From positions 64,001 to 128,000 of the forward strand of contig JAZDJN010000054.1 of assembly GCA_043803945.1 (NCBI GenBank): a stretch of 64,000 bases of DNA, given 5' to 3'. Both the position numbers and the translations under genes were made by a program. The notes under the pieces were generated by a model. That model searched no databases. It had not been told where the DNA came from and saw only the letters and a list, made by a program, of their open reading frames with translations. Of this stretch, positions 48,492-58,499 are shown in pieces (within the stretch, counting starts at the first letter, position 1; each line of letters begins with the position of its first letter). The stretch comes from a bacterium. Its GTDB lineage: Bacteria; Bacteroidota; Ignavibacteria; UBA10030.

Positions 48492-48630
48492 GCCACCAAG
48501 GCACGAAGTCACTAGGAAAATCATATAATTCAAAAAAAACTTATCTTTCTTTGTGCCTTAGAGACTTTTCAACCAGAGGCTGATGCGCCCGCCTGAACGA
48601 CGTAGTCGGGCAGGCCTATGGTGCAGTGGC
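48492..48630. repeat. gccac-type inverted element with a doubly nested insertion
   Basis: gccaccaaggcacgaag / ctttgtgccttagagacttt[48569-48625, containing 48588-48614]gtggc. Confidence 0.75.
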
Positions 48631-48677
48631 AATTATTTCATCGAGAACTAATTAAGGAAAAAGGAAGAATGAGGCTC

Positions 48678-48706
48678 TTGAATCTCTCGGAGTGATTTGG
48701 TATATT
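48678..48706 (+). promoter_or_regulatory. Putative sigma70 promoter
   Basis: TTGAAT-N17-TATATT with TG extended -10, upstream of 48762. Confidence 0.5.
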
Positions 48707-48761
48707 TTTCCGCATTCTGGAGGTAGTCAGACATATACAATTACGTTAAAAAGGATTTGAT

Positions 48762-50333
48762 ATGAAGAACTATTCATTCGGTTTTATCATCATAAGTATC
48801 CTTGCCGTTGTACTATTCCAAGGATTTCAATGTGGTTCACCGGAATTCACCGGTGCAAAAGTCTATATGCAGCAAAAGAATTTTATTGAAGCAAAACGGT
48901 TACTCGAGATTGAGGTGAAGAAGAACCCTCAGAATACCGAGGCTTGGTACTTTCTCGGTGGTATTTACGCTGAAGAGGGCAACTATGATGGAATGAATGA
49001 AGCATTCAATGAAGTCCTCAAAGCAGGTTCAGTTCATGCGGCAGATATCCGGACTATCCGATATGCAAAATGGGGCCAGCATCTTAATGCGGGTGTGGCA
49101 TTTCTGGAGCGTGCCACGGCTGATTCGGCAGCCTATTTTGAGAAGTCCATCAAAGAGTTTATTAATGCCAGCCGCGCATGGCCGGATACCGGTTTAACCT
49201 ACAAGTACATTGCGTATGGTTATAATAACAAGGGCGATTTTGATAATGCCATTGTCAATTTCCGAAAAGCCTGGGAAATGGGGAAGGACGTAGAATCGAT
49301 TAAAAGGATCGGACGCATTTACGCAACCCGCGGCCAGCAGCACAGGGAGAAATTCGATATTGAAAATGAACCAAAACTGAAATCTATCCGGGATTACGCG
49401 GAAGCGAAGAGATCCACCAGCAAGAGTGAAATTGTAAAATGGCTGGGCAATCCCCGAATCGAAAAGGAAAAACCGGTAAAGGGGAAGAAGCCGCCTACGA
49501 AAGAAGAATGGTTTTTTGATACCTACAAATATAAAATCGTCGTTGATGGAGATAAAATACTCGAGAAGCAGGAGCTCGGTACATTTGCCCCAACGATTGA
49601 TTCAATAGAAATAAAACTTGCCGTAGTGGAATTTGAGAAAGCAGTGTCCGCTCTTGACTTGGCTCTGAAGGCAGATCCTAAAGACAATGAAAGTATAACG
49701 CTTTTAATGTCGTCCTATGTTGGAACAGGGAGAATCAAAGATGCGGTTAAAACATTTGAACTCGCCGTTGCCAATGACCAAAAGAATAAGATGAACCATT
49801 ACCTTCTTGGAGTTCTCTATCGGGAGGATGGACAGATTGAAAAGGCGATTGAACAGTTAAAGGAGATGTTAAAGATTGATGAGAATGATGTTGAGGGATT
49901 GTACGAACTTGGTGCCACCTACTACAACTGGGGATATGACATCTATAAAACCGAACAGGCAAAGGGCGGTGAACTAAGCGGTGTTCATAAGGAAAAATTC
50001 AAGCTGGCATTGCCGTACCTGAAAAAAGTGAGTGAACATGAAAGCCGAAAAAATGATCCGACAATTTTCGAAACCCTCGGCCAAATTTATGCGCAACTGA
50101 GTGAACAGGAAAAGGCAATGAAGATGTTTGAGTACGCTGATTGGCTCAAGAAAAATCCATTGAAAATAGGTCTCTCAGAGGCTGATATTAAGAACCTCTG
50201 GGGAGAGCCAGATCAAAAGAATGAGACGGTTTACGAGAATTTAAAATCTGTTCAGTGGACATATGGGAAGCAAGGGGCACTTCTTTATTTTACCGATGGT
50301 AAATTAAAAAGTTGGACTCGAGTCACAAAGTAA
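48762..50333 (+). CDS. Exported TPR protein, possible lipoprotein, with BamE/SmpA-like segments
   Basis: Signal peptide ending ..GFQC; TPR helices; KSEIVKWLGNP and GLSEADIKNLWGEPD..WTY. Confidence 0.75.
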   Translation: MKNYSFGFIIISILAVVLFQGFQCGSPEFTGAKVYMQQKNFIEAKRLLEIEVKKNPQNTEAWYFLGGIYAEEGNYDGMNEAFNEVLKAGSVHAADIRTIRYAKWGQHLNAGVAFLERATADSAAYFEKSIKEFINASRAWPDTGLTYKYIAYGYNNKGDFDNAIVNFRKAWEMGKDVESIKRIGRIYATRGQQHREKFDIENEPKLKSIRDYAEAKRSTSKSEIVKWLGNPRIEKEKPVKGKKPPTKEEWFFDTYKYKIVVDGDKILEKQELGTFAPTIDSIEIKLAVVEFEKAVSALDLALKADPKDNESITLLMSSYVGTGRIKDAVKTFELAVANDQKNKMNHYLLGVLYREDGQIEKAIEQLKEMLKIDENDVEGLYELGATYYNWGYDIYKTEQAKGGELSGVHKEKFKLALPYLKKVSEHESRKNDPTIFETLGQIYAQLSEQEKAMKMFEYADWLKKNPLKIGLSEADIKNLWGEPDQKNETVYENLKSVQWTYGKQGALLYFTDGKLKSWTRVTK

Positions 50334-50366
50334 GTTTATAATTATTATTCCAAGTGCTAGTCGAAT

Positions 50367-50399
50367 AAACGCCCATCAAATAACTATCGATGGGCGTTT
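50367..50399. other. 11-bp stem hairpin between the TPR gene and the DUF3467 gene
   Basis: aaacgcccatc / gatgggcgttt. Confidence 0.6.
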
Positions 50400-50424
50400 G
50401 CATCAGAACAGAGGAGATCAGAAG

Positions 50425-50751
50425 ATGAGTGAACCAGTGCAGCAACAACAGATCAATATTGAGTTGGGAGAAAAAGAGGCGGAAGGAATTTATTCCAATC
50501 TTGCCATCATTACCCATTCTCCTGCAGAGTTTGTCATAGATTTTACACGTGTCTTACCAGGAGTGCCAAAGGCTAAAGTCCATGCCCGCATTGTCATGAC
50601 TCCGCAGCATACAAAGATGTTCCTCAATGCGATAGCTGATAATATCGAGAAGTATGAATCGAAGTTTGGTGAAATAAAGATTCTCGGCGAAGCACCGGGT
50701 GGAGGTATTTTTGGATTCCAGCCTCCGGGGAAAGAGGAAAAATTTCATTAA
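50425..50751 (+). CDS. DUF3467 family protein
   Basis: SD GAGGAG; QINIEL...[20 protein letters not shown]...ARIVMTPQH. Confidence 0.85.
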   Translation: MSEPVQQQQINIELGEKEAEGIYSNLAIITHSPAEFVIDFTRVLPGVPKAKVHARIVMTPQHTKMFLNAIADNIEKYESKFGEIKILGEAPGGGIFGFQPPGKEEKFH

Positions 50752-52133
50752 AGAATATACCTGCTTAAATCCCGATCACGGACAATCGAACTCAATCTCT
50801 CCTGAACAAGATCCTTTGTTATACAGATTTGGCTCGACTTGATGGAATCGGGAGCATCAAACAGCAACTCCTCGAGTAGTGTTGTAATGATCGTGTGTAA
50901 TCTTCTCGCACCAATATTTTCTACTTGTTCATTCACCTGATACGCAGTCCTGGCAATTTCGCGAACGGCTTCCGGCTCAAACTCCAGACTGATCCCTTCA
51001 GTCTCAAGCAGCGCAGCATATTGCTTCAGCAGGGCATTGTGAGGGAGTGTAAGTATTTTTACAAAATCTTCTTCGGTGAGGCTTTGAAGCTCAACACGAA
51101 TGGGAAATCGCCCTTGCAGCTCAGGTATGAGATCGGAAGGCTTCGCGACATGAAATGCTCCTGAAGCGATGAACAGAATGTGGTCGGTCTTGACCATCCC
51201 ATATTTTGTGGTAACACTTGATCCTTCTACGATGGGAAGGAGGTCGCGCTGAACTCCCTCGCGAGAGACATCGGGCCCTATGGATTGTCCCCGTGAACCT
51301 GTAATTTTGTCAATTTCGTCAATGAAGACGATACCGGAGTTCTCCACACGTGAGAGAGCCTCCTTCACCGCCTTTTCCATATCGATAAGCTTTTGGGCCT
51401 CCTCTTGTGCAAAGATCAGCCGGGCTTCAGCGACAGAAATTTTTCGATGCTTATTCTTTTTAGGTAGGATATTCCCAAACATCTCCTGGATGTTGATTCC
51501 CATATCGTCCAGTGTCATCGGTCCCATTACCTGCATCAACGGAAGCTGCGAGGTAGCAATCTCAACCTCAATAACGCGTCCATCGAGTGATCCTGAACGG
51601 AGCTTTTCTTTGAACCGTTGACGGGTTCGATCTTGCTCTTCCTCTGGTGTCAATCCTTCTCCTGCCGGTTCGGCCGTACGGTTTTTTCGTTGAGAGGGAA
51701 CCAGAATATCAAGAATGCGTTCTTCAGCGAGCACTTCAGCCTTCTGCTGCACCTCTGCTGTTTTTTCAGCTTTCACCATACTGACCGCGATTTCGGTAAG
51801 GTCTCTGATCATCGATTCCACATCACGGCCAACGTATCCTACTTCCGTAAATTTCGAAGCTTCTACTTTTAGAAACGGTGCGTGGGCAAGCCGTGCCAGC
51901 CGGCGAGCGATCTCTGTTTTGCCAACACCGGTCGGTCCGATCAGAATGATGTTGTTCGGCATGATCTCTTCACGAAGCTGCTCGGAGACCTGCAGCCGCC
52001 GCCATCGATTCCGGAGAGCGATTGCCACGGATTTCTTGGCATTGTTCTGGCCTATGATATATTTGTCCAGTTCCGAGACGATCTCGCGGGGAGTTAATTC
52101 ATTGTGCTGAGGTTGTTTGGATTTTGTTGTCAA
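50748..52133 (-). CDS. hslU: ATP-dependent protease ATPase subunit HslU
   Basis: [38 protein letters not shown]; start reset to TTG 52133 just after the reconstructed hslV stop. Confidence 0.96.
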   Translation of the reverse strand: MTTKSKQPQHNELTPREIVSELDKYIIGQNNAKKSVAIALRNRWRRLQVSEQLREEIMPNNIILIGPTGVGKTEIARRLARLAHAPFLKVEASKFTEVGYVGRDVESMIRDLTEIAVSMVKAEKTAEVQQKAEVLAEERILDILVPSQRKNRTAEPAGEGLTPEEEQDRTRQRFKEKLRSGSLDGRVIEVEIATSQLPLMQVMGPMTLDDMGINIQEMFGNILPKKNKHRKISVAEARLIFAQEEAQKLIDMEKAVKEALSRVENSGIVFIDEIDKITGSRGQSIGPDVSREGVQRDLLPIVEGSSVTTKYGMVKTDHILFIASGAFHVAKPSDLIPELQGRFPIRVELQSLTEEDFVKILTLPHNALLKQYAALLETEGISLEFEPEAVREIARTAYQVNEQVENIGARRLHTIITTLLEELLFDAPDSIKSSQICITKDLVQERLSSIVRDRDLSRYIL

Positions 52134-52137
52134 GGAT

Positions 52138-52693
52138 TCACAGTTCTTCAATGGTGATTGACGTGTTTGTATAGATACAGATTTTTGCTGCAGTTTCCAA
52201 TCCTTCCTGTACAATCTCGCGGGCATCCAATGGGGTATGCTTGACCAACATGCGTGCAGCCGCCAGAGCGTAGCTTCCTCCTGAACCTACCGCGACGATA
52301 CCATCGTCAGGTTCAATGACGTCGCCGGTCCCCCGAGATGATCAATGCATGGTCTTTGTCAAGGACGGCCAGGAGAGCTTCAAGCTGGCGAAGATACTTG
52401 TCGGTGCGCCAGAGCTTGGCCAGTTCTACAGCCGCTCGAACAATCTGTCCCTGATGTTGTTCTAATTTCTCTTCAAACCTGTCGAGCAAACTGAACGCAT
52501 CCGCAGTTGCTCCTGCAAAGCCGACGAGTACGGAGTTATTATAAATTTTCCGAATCTTGTTGGCTTTCTGCTTCATGATAGTGTTGCCCAATGTTACCTG
52601 ACCATCGCCGCCGAGGGCTACGTTACCGTTATGCCGAACACCGAGAATGGTTGTTGCATGGATGGTGTGTGTTAAACAGGGTTCGTTGTTCAT
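52138..52693 (-). pseudogene. hslV: ATP-dependent protease subunit HslV with a +1 frameshift (real or sequencing error)
   Basis: TTILGVR...GDGQVT; one extra base in the C5 run at 52330-52334; the shifted frame continues [18 protein letters not shown]...[14 protein letters not shown]. Confidence 0.9.
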
Positions 52694-52694
52694 A

Positions 52695-54146
52695 TCAAAT
52701 TTTTTTCCTCATTCGGGCGATTGGAATTCCAAGTTGTTCGCGGTATTTTGCTGCCGTCCGGCGAGCGATTTTAACACCCTCGGTACCGATCATGGCAGCA
52801 ATTTTATCGTCGTTCAATGGTTTTTTAGGATCCTCTGTCGAGATAATTTCTTTAATTCGCTGTTTAATGGTGAAGTTGGATACATCCTCGCCGGAATCGG
52901 ATTCGAGCCCCGAGCTGAAGAAATATTTTAGCGAGTGGACACCGAATTCAGTCTGAACATATTTACTATTCACCACCCGGCTGATGGTGGAAATGTCGAC
53001 TCCAACGGTCTCCGCAATATCTTTATAAATCATCGGCTTCAAAGTTTCACCCTCTTCGAACCAAAGCCGCTGCCGCTGAACAATTGAGCGCATAACTTTG
53101 AGCAATGTTTCTCTCCGCTGATGGATGGAGGCGATGAACCATTTGGCCGATTCGAATTTTTGTTTTACAAATTCTTTCGCCTCTTTTGAAGTTTTCTTGC
53201 TCTTCGGGGCTACTAAATCGCGGTACGCTTTATTAATCCGCAACGTCGGCATGAAGCGATCGTTGAGGGTAATGATGAATGAGCCCTCATCATTTTCTAC
53301 AAGGAAATCCGGAGTGACATAATTCTCCTGAGCGGAGAATTCGCCTTCACCCGGTTTTGGATTGAGGTGTTGAATGATTTCGATGACTTTCTTCAGGGTT
53401 TCGCGACCAATCCGCAGATTATGTGCAAGAGCGTCATAGCGCTTCAGTTTCAAATCATGGAAGTACACTCCCAGAATTTTCAATGACAATTCCTTGATGG
53501 AAGCCTCGAGGGTCATCGATTTGATTTGTGCGATGAGACACTCCTGGAGCGAGCGGGCGGCAATACCTGAGGGTTCGAGTAACTGAATTTTATGAAGGAC
53601 ATGTTCGGCCTTTTCTTCCTGAATCTCAAGACCAAAGCTGAGGTTAAGGTCCTGGACAATCAAACCCAAGTCGCGACGAAGATAGCCATCCTCATCGACA
53701 TTTCCGAGAATTTCCTCTGCGAGGAGAATATCAACGTCGTCGATATTCTGCAGCCGAAATTGTGCGAGCAGACGTTCCGAGAGCGGTGTCGATGATTGCA
53801 ATGGGCGTTCGTACTCTTCATCCTCGTTCTGATTGAGATACGATTCGGGACTCTTATATCCTGCAAGGTCATCGTTCAGATAGTCTTCAATAGTGTACGG
53901 CTCTTCCTTCTCTGCCTTTTCTGCGGCGGCCCGTTCATCTTCTGCGGTCTGAGATTCCTTCTCTGGTTCCTCCTGGTCCAAGGTCAATTCCATTTCTTCG
54001 GCGACTTCGAGTAACGGATTTATTTCGAGTTCGGTTTTAATCCGTTGCTCAAGGGAGAGATTCGGCAACTGGAGTAATTTAAGATATTGGACCTGCTGCG
54101 GTGTGAGCCTAAGGCCCAATTTCATTTGTTGCGATAGGTTAATCAT
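52695..54146 (-). CDS. rpoN: RNA polymerase sigma-54 factor
   Basis: [33 protein letters not shown] (RpoN box). Confidence 0.96.
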   Translation of the reverse strand: MINLSQQMKLGLRLTPQQVQYLKLLQLPNLSLEQRIKTELEINPLLEVAEEMELTLDQEEPEKESQTAEDERAAAEKAEKEEPYTIEDYLNDDLAGYKSPESYLNQNEDEEYERPLQSSTPLSERLLAQFRLQNIDDVDILLAEEILGNVDEDGYLRRDLGLIVQDLNLSFGLEIQEEKAEHVLHKIQLLEPSGIAARSLQECLIAQIKSMTLEASIKELSLKILGVYFHDLKLKRYDALAHNLRIGRETLKKVIEIIQHLNPKPGEGEFSAQENYVTPDFLVENDEGSFIITLNDRFMPTLRINKAYRDLVAPKSKKTSKEAKEFVKQKFESAKWFIASIHQRRETLLKVMRSIVQRQRLWFEEGETLKPMIYKDIAETVGVDISTISRVVNSKYVQTEFGVHSLKYFFSSGLESDSGEDVSNFTIKQRIKEIISTEDPKKPLNDDKIAAMIGTEGVKIARRTAAKYREQLGIPIARMRKKI

Positions 54147-54157
54147 AGACGGCAGCG

Positions 54158-54760
54158 CTATTCACGATCTGTCTGTGTTAGTGATTTTTCTGTTTCACAA
54201 AATTTGAGGATTTGATTGTAGCGTTCTTCTCCGAATGCCCTGATCAGCGATAGTTTCAGAAACTGGATGAGTTCTATCTGCCCCTCATGACCCCGCTTGA
54301 GTGCAGGCTCACATTCTGCAATTGCCTCATACCGAAGGTGTTGCTCATAGCCGCCATCAATCCGAATGGGGAAGAGGTGGCACGAAAGCGGTTTGATCCA
54401 ATCTGATTCCTTCTTCAGATAAGCTTTTTCGAATGAGCATTTCGCAATCCCATCTTCATAGTAGACAAAGACACAGGCCGTATTTCGAAAGACCTGGGTT
54501 GTAAAATCGCCCGGAACACCTTGAAAGATCCCATGACTCTGAATATAGTCGCGATGGTCAGGGGCAATATATCGTTGTGCGATCGGGGCATATCGTTGAA
54601 TGAGGGGGATCTCTTTCTCTGACAGCGGCGCACCCCTCGGCCCTGGCATTGTGCAGCATCCCCCTTTGCACACCTTTAGATCACAGGCAAATTTGATAAA
54701 AGGAATATCCCCGCCGATGTGAGATTCAAAATCGTTCACGAGCAACAATTCCCGTACCAA
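54158..54760 (-). CDS. DUF3109 family Cys-rich protein
   Basis: FACDLKVCKGGCC, GAPL, CVF, KPLSCHLFPIR. Confidence 0.85.
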   Translation of the reverse strand: MVRELLLVNDFESHIGGDIPFIKFACDLKVCKGGCCTMPGPRGAPLSEKEIPLIQRYAPIAQRYIAPDHRDYIQSHGIFQGVPGDFTTQVFRNTACVFVYYEDGIAKCSFEKAYLKKESDWIKPLSCHLFPIRIDGGYEQHLRYEAIAECEPALKRGHEGQIELIQFLKLSLIRAFGEERYNQILKFCETEKSLTQTDRE

Positions 54761-54885
54761 AACACTATAAGTTCAGAGAATTCAATAGTAGTATAGTTAA
54801 AAATCTCCAAAAAACAATAGGTTTCAAGTGGCACATATCCTTTGTGGCTTGGATGTTGACGCGTTTTTTTCACAAGTTGCTGCCA

Positions 54886-54912
54886 CAACCATTTTCCTGA
54901 TAGAAGGTCTAA
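54886..54912 (+). promoter_or_regulatory. Putative ECF-dependent promoter
   Basis: CAACC-N16-GTCTAA upstream of an ECF gene; the same motif occurs at 57887. Confidence 0.6.
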
Positions 54913-54952
54913 TGATATGTTGACAAGAGAACATGAACACGGGAGTGAGAGT

Positions 54953-55567
54953 ATGCAGGACATCGCTCTGATTCAAAAGGCGAAGGCTGGAGACCTCATT
55001 GCGTTTGAGCAATTGATCTATCGCTATGACAAGCAGGTACTCTCCCTGACCGCCCGTTATGTTCAGAGCGCAGAGGATGCTAAGGATATTTATCAGGAGG
55101 TTTTTCTGAGGGTCTTTCGCTCACTGCCAAAATTTCAATTCCGGAGTGAATTCTCAACGTGGCTCTTTCGCATAACAACCAATGTTTGTCTGACCCATCG
55201 TTCGCGAAAGAAACGGCATCCCCACACGTCGCTGAGTGACGAGTCCGATGAAGAGCATGGTGCTCTCAGTCTCAATACTCTTAGGAGCGATGAGCACACC
55301 GATGAGTCGCTGGAGAGGACAGAAATCTCCTTGCGAGTGAGAGAAGCGGTTGATCGATTATCAGCGAAACAGCGACTGGTCTTTATGATGAAGTACTTCG
55401 AAGGATATAAAATTCGTGAAATAGCGGTAATGATGAACTGTCAGGAAGGTACAGTTAAGAAGTACTTGTTTACGGCAATTCGAAAATTACGAAATGAGCT
55501 TCATGATCTCTATGAGCACAAGAGCGGTTCCGAATTGAAGGAAGTGAAGATGGAAGGATTGGTATAA
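54953..55567 (+). CDS. ECF sigma factor
   Basis: DIYQEVF, FSTWLFRI, IREIA, EGTVKKYL; ORF-track start is 54917. Confidence 0.93.
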   Translation: MQDIALIQKAKAGDLIAFEQLIYRYDKQVLSLTARYVQSAEDAKDIYQEVFLRVFRSLPKFQFRSEFSTWLFRITTNVCLTHRSRKKRHPHTSLSDESDEEHGALSLNTLRSDEHTDESLERTEISLRVREAVDRLSAKQRLVFMMKYFEGYKIREIAVMMNCQEGTVKKYLFTAIRKLRNELHDLYEHKSGSELKEVKMEGLV

Positions 55568-56532
55568 TGAAACATGATGACTACAAAAACCTTCTTTATC
55601 TGCATTGCTGGGATGAGGCAGATGATGATCAAAAAGGCATTCTGAAAAAGCATCTCCTCACCTGCAAGGAATGCCGCATTGAGTTGTCTGAAATCGATGG
55701 GATGAAGCATATCCTGCAGGATCAAAGCTCGATCGAAGTGACCGATGATATGCTCGCAGAGGCACGCCGTGAGCTTCGCGTTGCACTTCGACTGGAGAAG
55801 AATAAACGTCGATCATTCCAGGAACTACTGGAATACCTCTCCATATTTTTCGAGCGCCCGATTCCCATTGCCATCGGCGGAGTAAGCTTGGTGCTGACCG
55901 GCCTGCTCGTTGGGTACTTTGCATTTCAACCTTCTGAACCAGGAAGTGATTTCCGATTGACAGGAATAACACAAGCGAATACTCCTGAGAGTGAGGAGCC
56001 GCAAATCACAAATTTCCGCCTCACAACTCAGGATCAGTTCTCCGGCCAGGTTGAAATAGAGTTTGATCTTATAACACCCGTCAAAATGCGCGGCACAGCG
56101 GATGATCCCGCAATTCAGAAAGTGCTGGCTCAGACACTTCTTGATGAACAAAATCCGGGCGCTCGGTTACGCACAGTCACAGCATTAGCCTCTCAGATGG
56201 AAAAAACCAAGCGGCTCGATACAGAGACAAAGTCAGCTTTGATTTTCAGCCTGAAGGCCGATCCCAATGATGGGGTTCGTAAGGAAGCGCTGCGAACACT
56301 GCTGCAATTTCCGATGGACAAAGAGATTAAACAGGCACTTACCTATGTTTTGCAGAAAGATATCAATCCCGCTATGCGCATTGAGGCTATTAACAGTCTC
56401 GGGAAGTTGATGACGGAGTCGAATTCACAGGATACCGATATCCTGAATGTCTTAAAAGAAAAAATGGAACGTGATAATAATAATTACATTCGCATTCGTG
56501 CGAGCAACCTCTTAAAGGAGATACAACAATGA
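55567..56532 (+). CDS. Anti-sigma factor: HxxxCxxC zinc domain, TM segment and extracytoplasmic HEAT repeats
   Basis: HLLTCKEC; hydrophobic segment; NPGARLRTV / NDGVRKEAL / NPAMRIEAI repeats. Confidence 0.85.
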   Translation: MKHDDYKNLLYLHCWDEADDDQKGILKKHLLTCKECRIELSEIDGMKHILQDQSSIEVTDDMLAEARRELRVALRLEKNKRRSFQELLEYLSIFFERPIPIAIGGVSLVLTGLLVGYFAFQPSEPGSDFRLTGITQANTPESEEPQITNFRLTTQDQFSGQVEIEFDLITPVKMRGTADDPAIQKVLAQTLLDEQNPGARLRTVTALASQMEKTKRLDTETKSALIFSLKADPNDGVRKEALRTLLQFPMDKEIKQALTYVLQKDINPAMRIEAINSLGKLMTESNSQDTDILNVLKEKMERDNNNYIRIRASNLLKEIQQ

Positions 56533-57734
56533 AACGGTACCTATTGGTTACATTCGTGATCCTTGGCTTGATGGCCGCGTCTCTCTCTGCAGCAACGCGT
56601 GATGGAGAGAGTGAACGATCAAAATCTTTCGCCGTCACCAAAGGCGGAAAGCTCATTGTAAAAGTCTATGGTGGTGAGTTGAAAATTACGAGCTGGGAAA
56701 AGAATGAAGTGTTCGCAAAGGTGACCAAGCTCGATGAGAAGGATAGCGAACAGCTTGTTATGGAACAGGATGGCAATACGGTACGAATCGAATTGAAGAA
56801 TAAATCTTCACGTTCGAGGCGGCAATCACCGGAATTTGCAATCAGTATTCCGTCTCAATTCGATGCCCAGTTGTCTACGGGTGGCGGCGGCATTAGTGTG
56901 CAAGGGAAAATTAAAGGTTCGGTAACCGGCACCACAGGTGGAGGAAGTATCACCCTAGAAGATGCCGTGGAAGGAGAATTGAATCTTACGACTGGGGGTG
57001 GTGAGATTAGGGCAAAAAATGTTGCTGGCAATACAACACTGACAACCGGAGGCGGAGAAATTTCTATCGGAAGTATTGAGGGGAAGGTTACAGTAACAAC
57101 TGGCGGCGGCTCGGTAACCCTCGATAAGGTATTGGGTGAATTGACAGTAACAACCGGTGGCGGAAATATCGTCGTTGAGAGTGTTACAAAATCCCTGAAA
57201 GCGACCACCGGTGGCGGCGAGATTTACATTAAGAATGCCGGGGGAGACATCAAAGCCTCATCGGGTGGCGGCGAAATGAAAATCGGCAAAGTCACAGGAA
57301 ATGCAACGATGAGCACTGGGGGTGGGGCTATAAGCCTGGATGGTGCCACCGGTAAGGTTTCCTTAACAACGGGTGGGGGCGAATTGGATATCCGCAATGT
57401 AACCGGTTCAGTCAAAGCGACCACCGGTGGAGGCGATATCGTAGCAGAATTGAGGCCCACGGGGCAGGGGGGTAGTAAACTAACCTCTGGTGGCGGAGAT
57501 ATTACACTCTATGTTCCGGAAGACGCCAGGGTTACGATCATTGCCGTCATTAAGGTTGAGGACAAGGATGATTTCAAAAAGTATAAAATAATGTCAGAAT
57601 TTAAGCATGATAAGTATGAATCTAACGATCGCGATGAGGAAATACGGGCTGTTTATACGCTGAATGGCGGGGGAGAAGAAATTACACTTACCACTTCAGA
57701 ATCCGACATCACGATAAAAAAGCTTAAGAAATAG
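56529..57734 (+). CDS. Exported DUF4097-type beta-strand repeat protein
   Basis: Signal peptide; about 11 [TS][TS]GGG repeats at 19-20 aa spacing. Confidence 0.85.
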   Translation: MKRYLLVTFVILGLMAASLSAATRDGESERSKSFAVTKGGKLIVKVYGGELKITSWEKNEVFAKVTKLDEKDSEQLVMEQDGNTVRIELKNKSSRSRRQSPEFAISIPSQFDAQLSTGGGGISVQGKIKGSVTGTTGGGSITLEDAVEGELNLTTGGGEIRAKNVAGNTTLTTGGGEISIGSIEGKVTVTTGGGSVTLDKVLGELTVTTGGGNIVVESVTKSLKATTGGGEIYIKNAGGDIKASSGGGEMKIGKVTGNATMSTGGGAISLDGATGKVSLTTGGGELDIRNVTGSVKATTGGGDIVAELRPTGQGGSKLTSGGGDITLYVPEDARVTIIAVIKVEDKDDFKKYKIMSEFKHDKYESNDRDEEIRAVYTLNGGGEEITLTTSESDITIKKLKK

Positions 57735-57755
57735 CTCATATTAAAGTTTGCTCAC

Positions 57756-57790
57756 AAGCCCCTTGACCTAGATTGGTGAGGGGCTTTTTC
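57756..57790 (+). terminator. Rho-independent terminator
   Basis: aagcccct...aggggctt stem plus T run. Confidence 0.7.
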
Positions 57791-57886
57791 TATATCCTCC
57801 CAAGAAACCTATCTTTGGAAAACCAACCCAGGTTTATTGAATTTCCTCCGTTATGTTCATAACCTTAGAATAATTCCTTGCCTTGT

Positions 57887-57914
57887 CAACCGATGGTCTG
57901 ACGATGGCGTCTAA
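57887..57914 (+). promoter_or_regulatory. Putative ECF-dependent promoter
   Basis: CAACC-N17-GTCTAA upstream of the second ECF gene. Confidence 0.6.
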
Positions 57915-57945
57915 ACAATGTAAGCTCAAGCAGAAGGAACTCTTG

Positions 57946-58497
57946 ATGGCTGAATCCCTGGAGCGCCAACTTGTCTGCCAGGTTAAAGAGGGAAGTCAGG
58001 AAGCATTTCGTGAACTTGTTCAAATGAAGATGAAGCAAGCATACGATTTGGCGTACAGCTTTGTGAACGATCATGACGATGCGGAAGATATCACACAGGA
58101 ATCATTTGTCAAAGCATATCAATCCATGGCGAATTTTCGCGAGGACGCTGAATTCGGAACCTGGCTCTATCGGATTGTTACAAATACCGCTCTCGATCGA
58201 TTGAAACAGAAAAAACGCAAGAAGAATCGAACTCTTTCACTGGACGATTCGGAGGTGAAGACGATGGCAATATCACATGTCAACCAGGATGAGATGGACC
58301 TCAGTATTCATATTGAACGGGCACTCCATGAACTTCCCACACTACAGCGTGCTGTGGTGATTCTGCGCCACTATGATGGCCTTTCAACACGGGATGTGAG
58401 CAAAATTCTTCAATGCTCGGAAGGGACTGTGAAAACCCATCTTCATCGTGGTTTGAAGAAGATGAGAAGCACTTTGAATTTTCTGGTGGAGGCTTAG
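57946..58497 (+). CDS. ECF sigma factor
   Basis: DAEDITQESF, FGTWLYRI, EGTVKTHLHRG; SD before ATG 57946. Confidence 0.93.
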   Translation: MAESLERQLVCQVKEGSQEAFRELVQMKMKQAYDLAYSFVNDHDDAEDITQESFVKAYQSMANFREDAEFGTWLYRIVTNTALDRLKQKKRKKNRTLSLDDSEVKTMAISHVNQDEMDLSIHIERALHELPTLQRAVVILRHYDGLSTRDVSKILQCSEGTVKTHLHRGLKKMRSTLNFLVEA

Positions 58498-58499
58498 CA

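Noticed and set aside
50748-50751. Convergent stop-codon overlap (TTAA) of the DUF3467 gene and hslU
   Set aside because: A common compact-genome arrangement with no further signal.
52134-52226. Long N-terminal extension of HslU
   Set aside because: This stretch is the C-terminal coding region of the frameshifted hslV in another frame.
54829-54848. TGGCAC near rpoN as a sigma54 promoter
   Set aside because: There is no GC at the required spacing after the GG (the sequence reads tggcacatatcctttgt).
56855-57460. Minus-strand ORFs with PPPVV repeats
   Set aside because: They are the antisense shadow of the TTGGG repeats in the DUF4097 gene.
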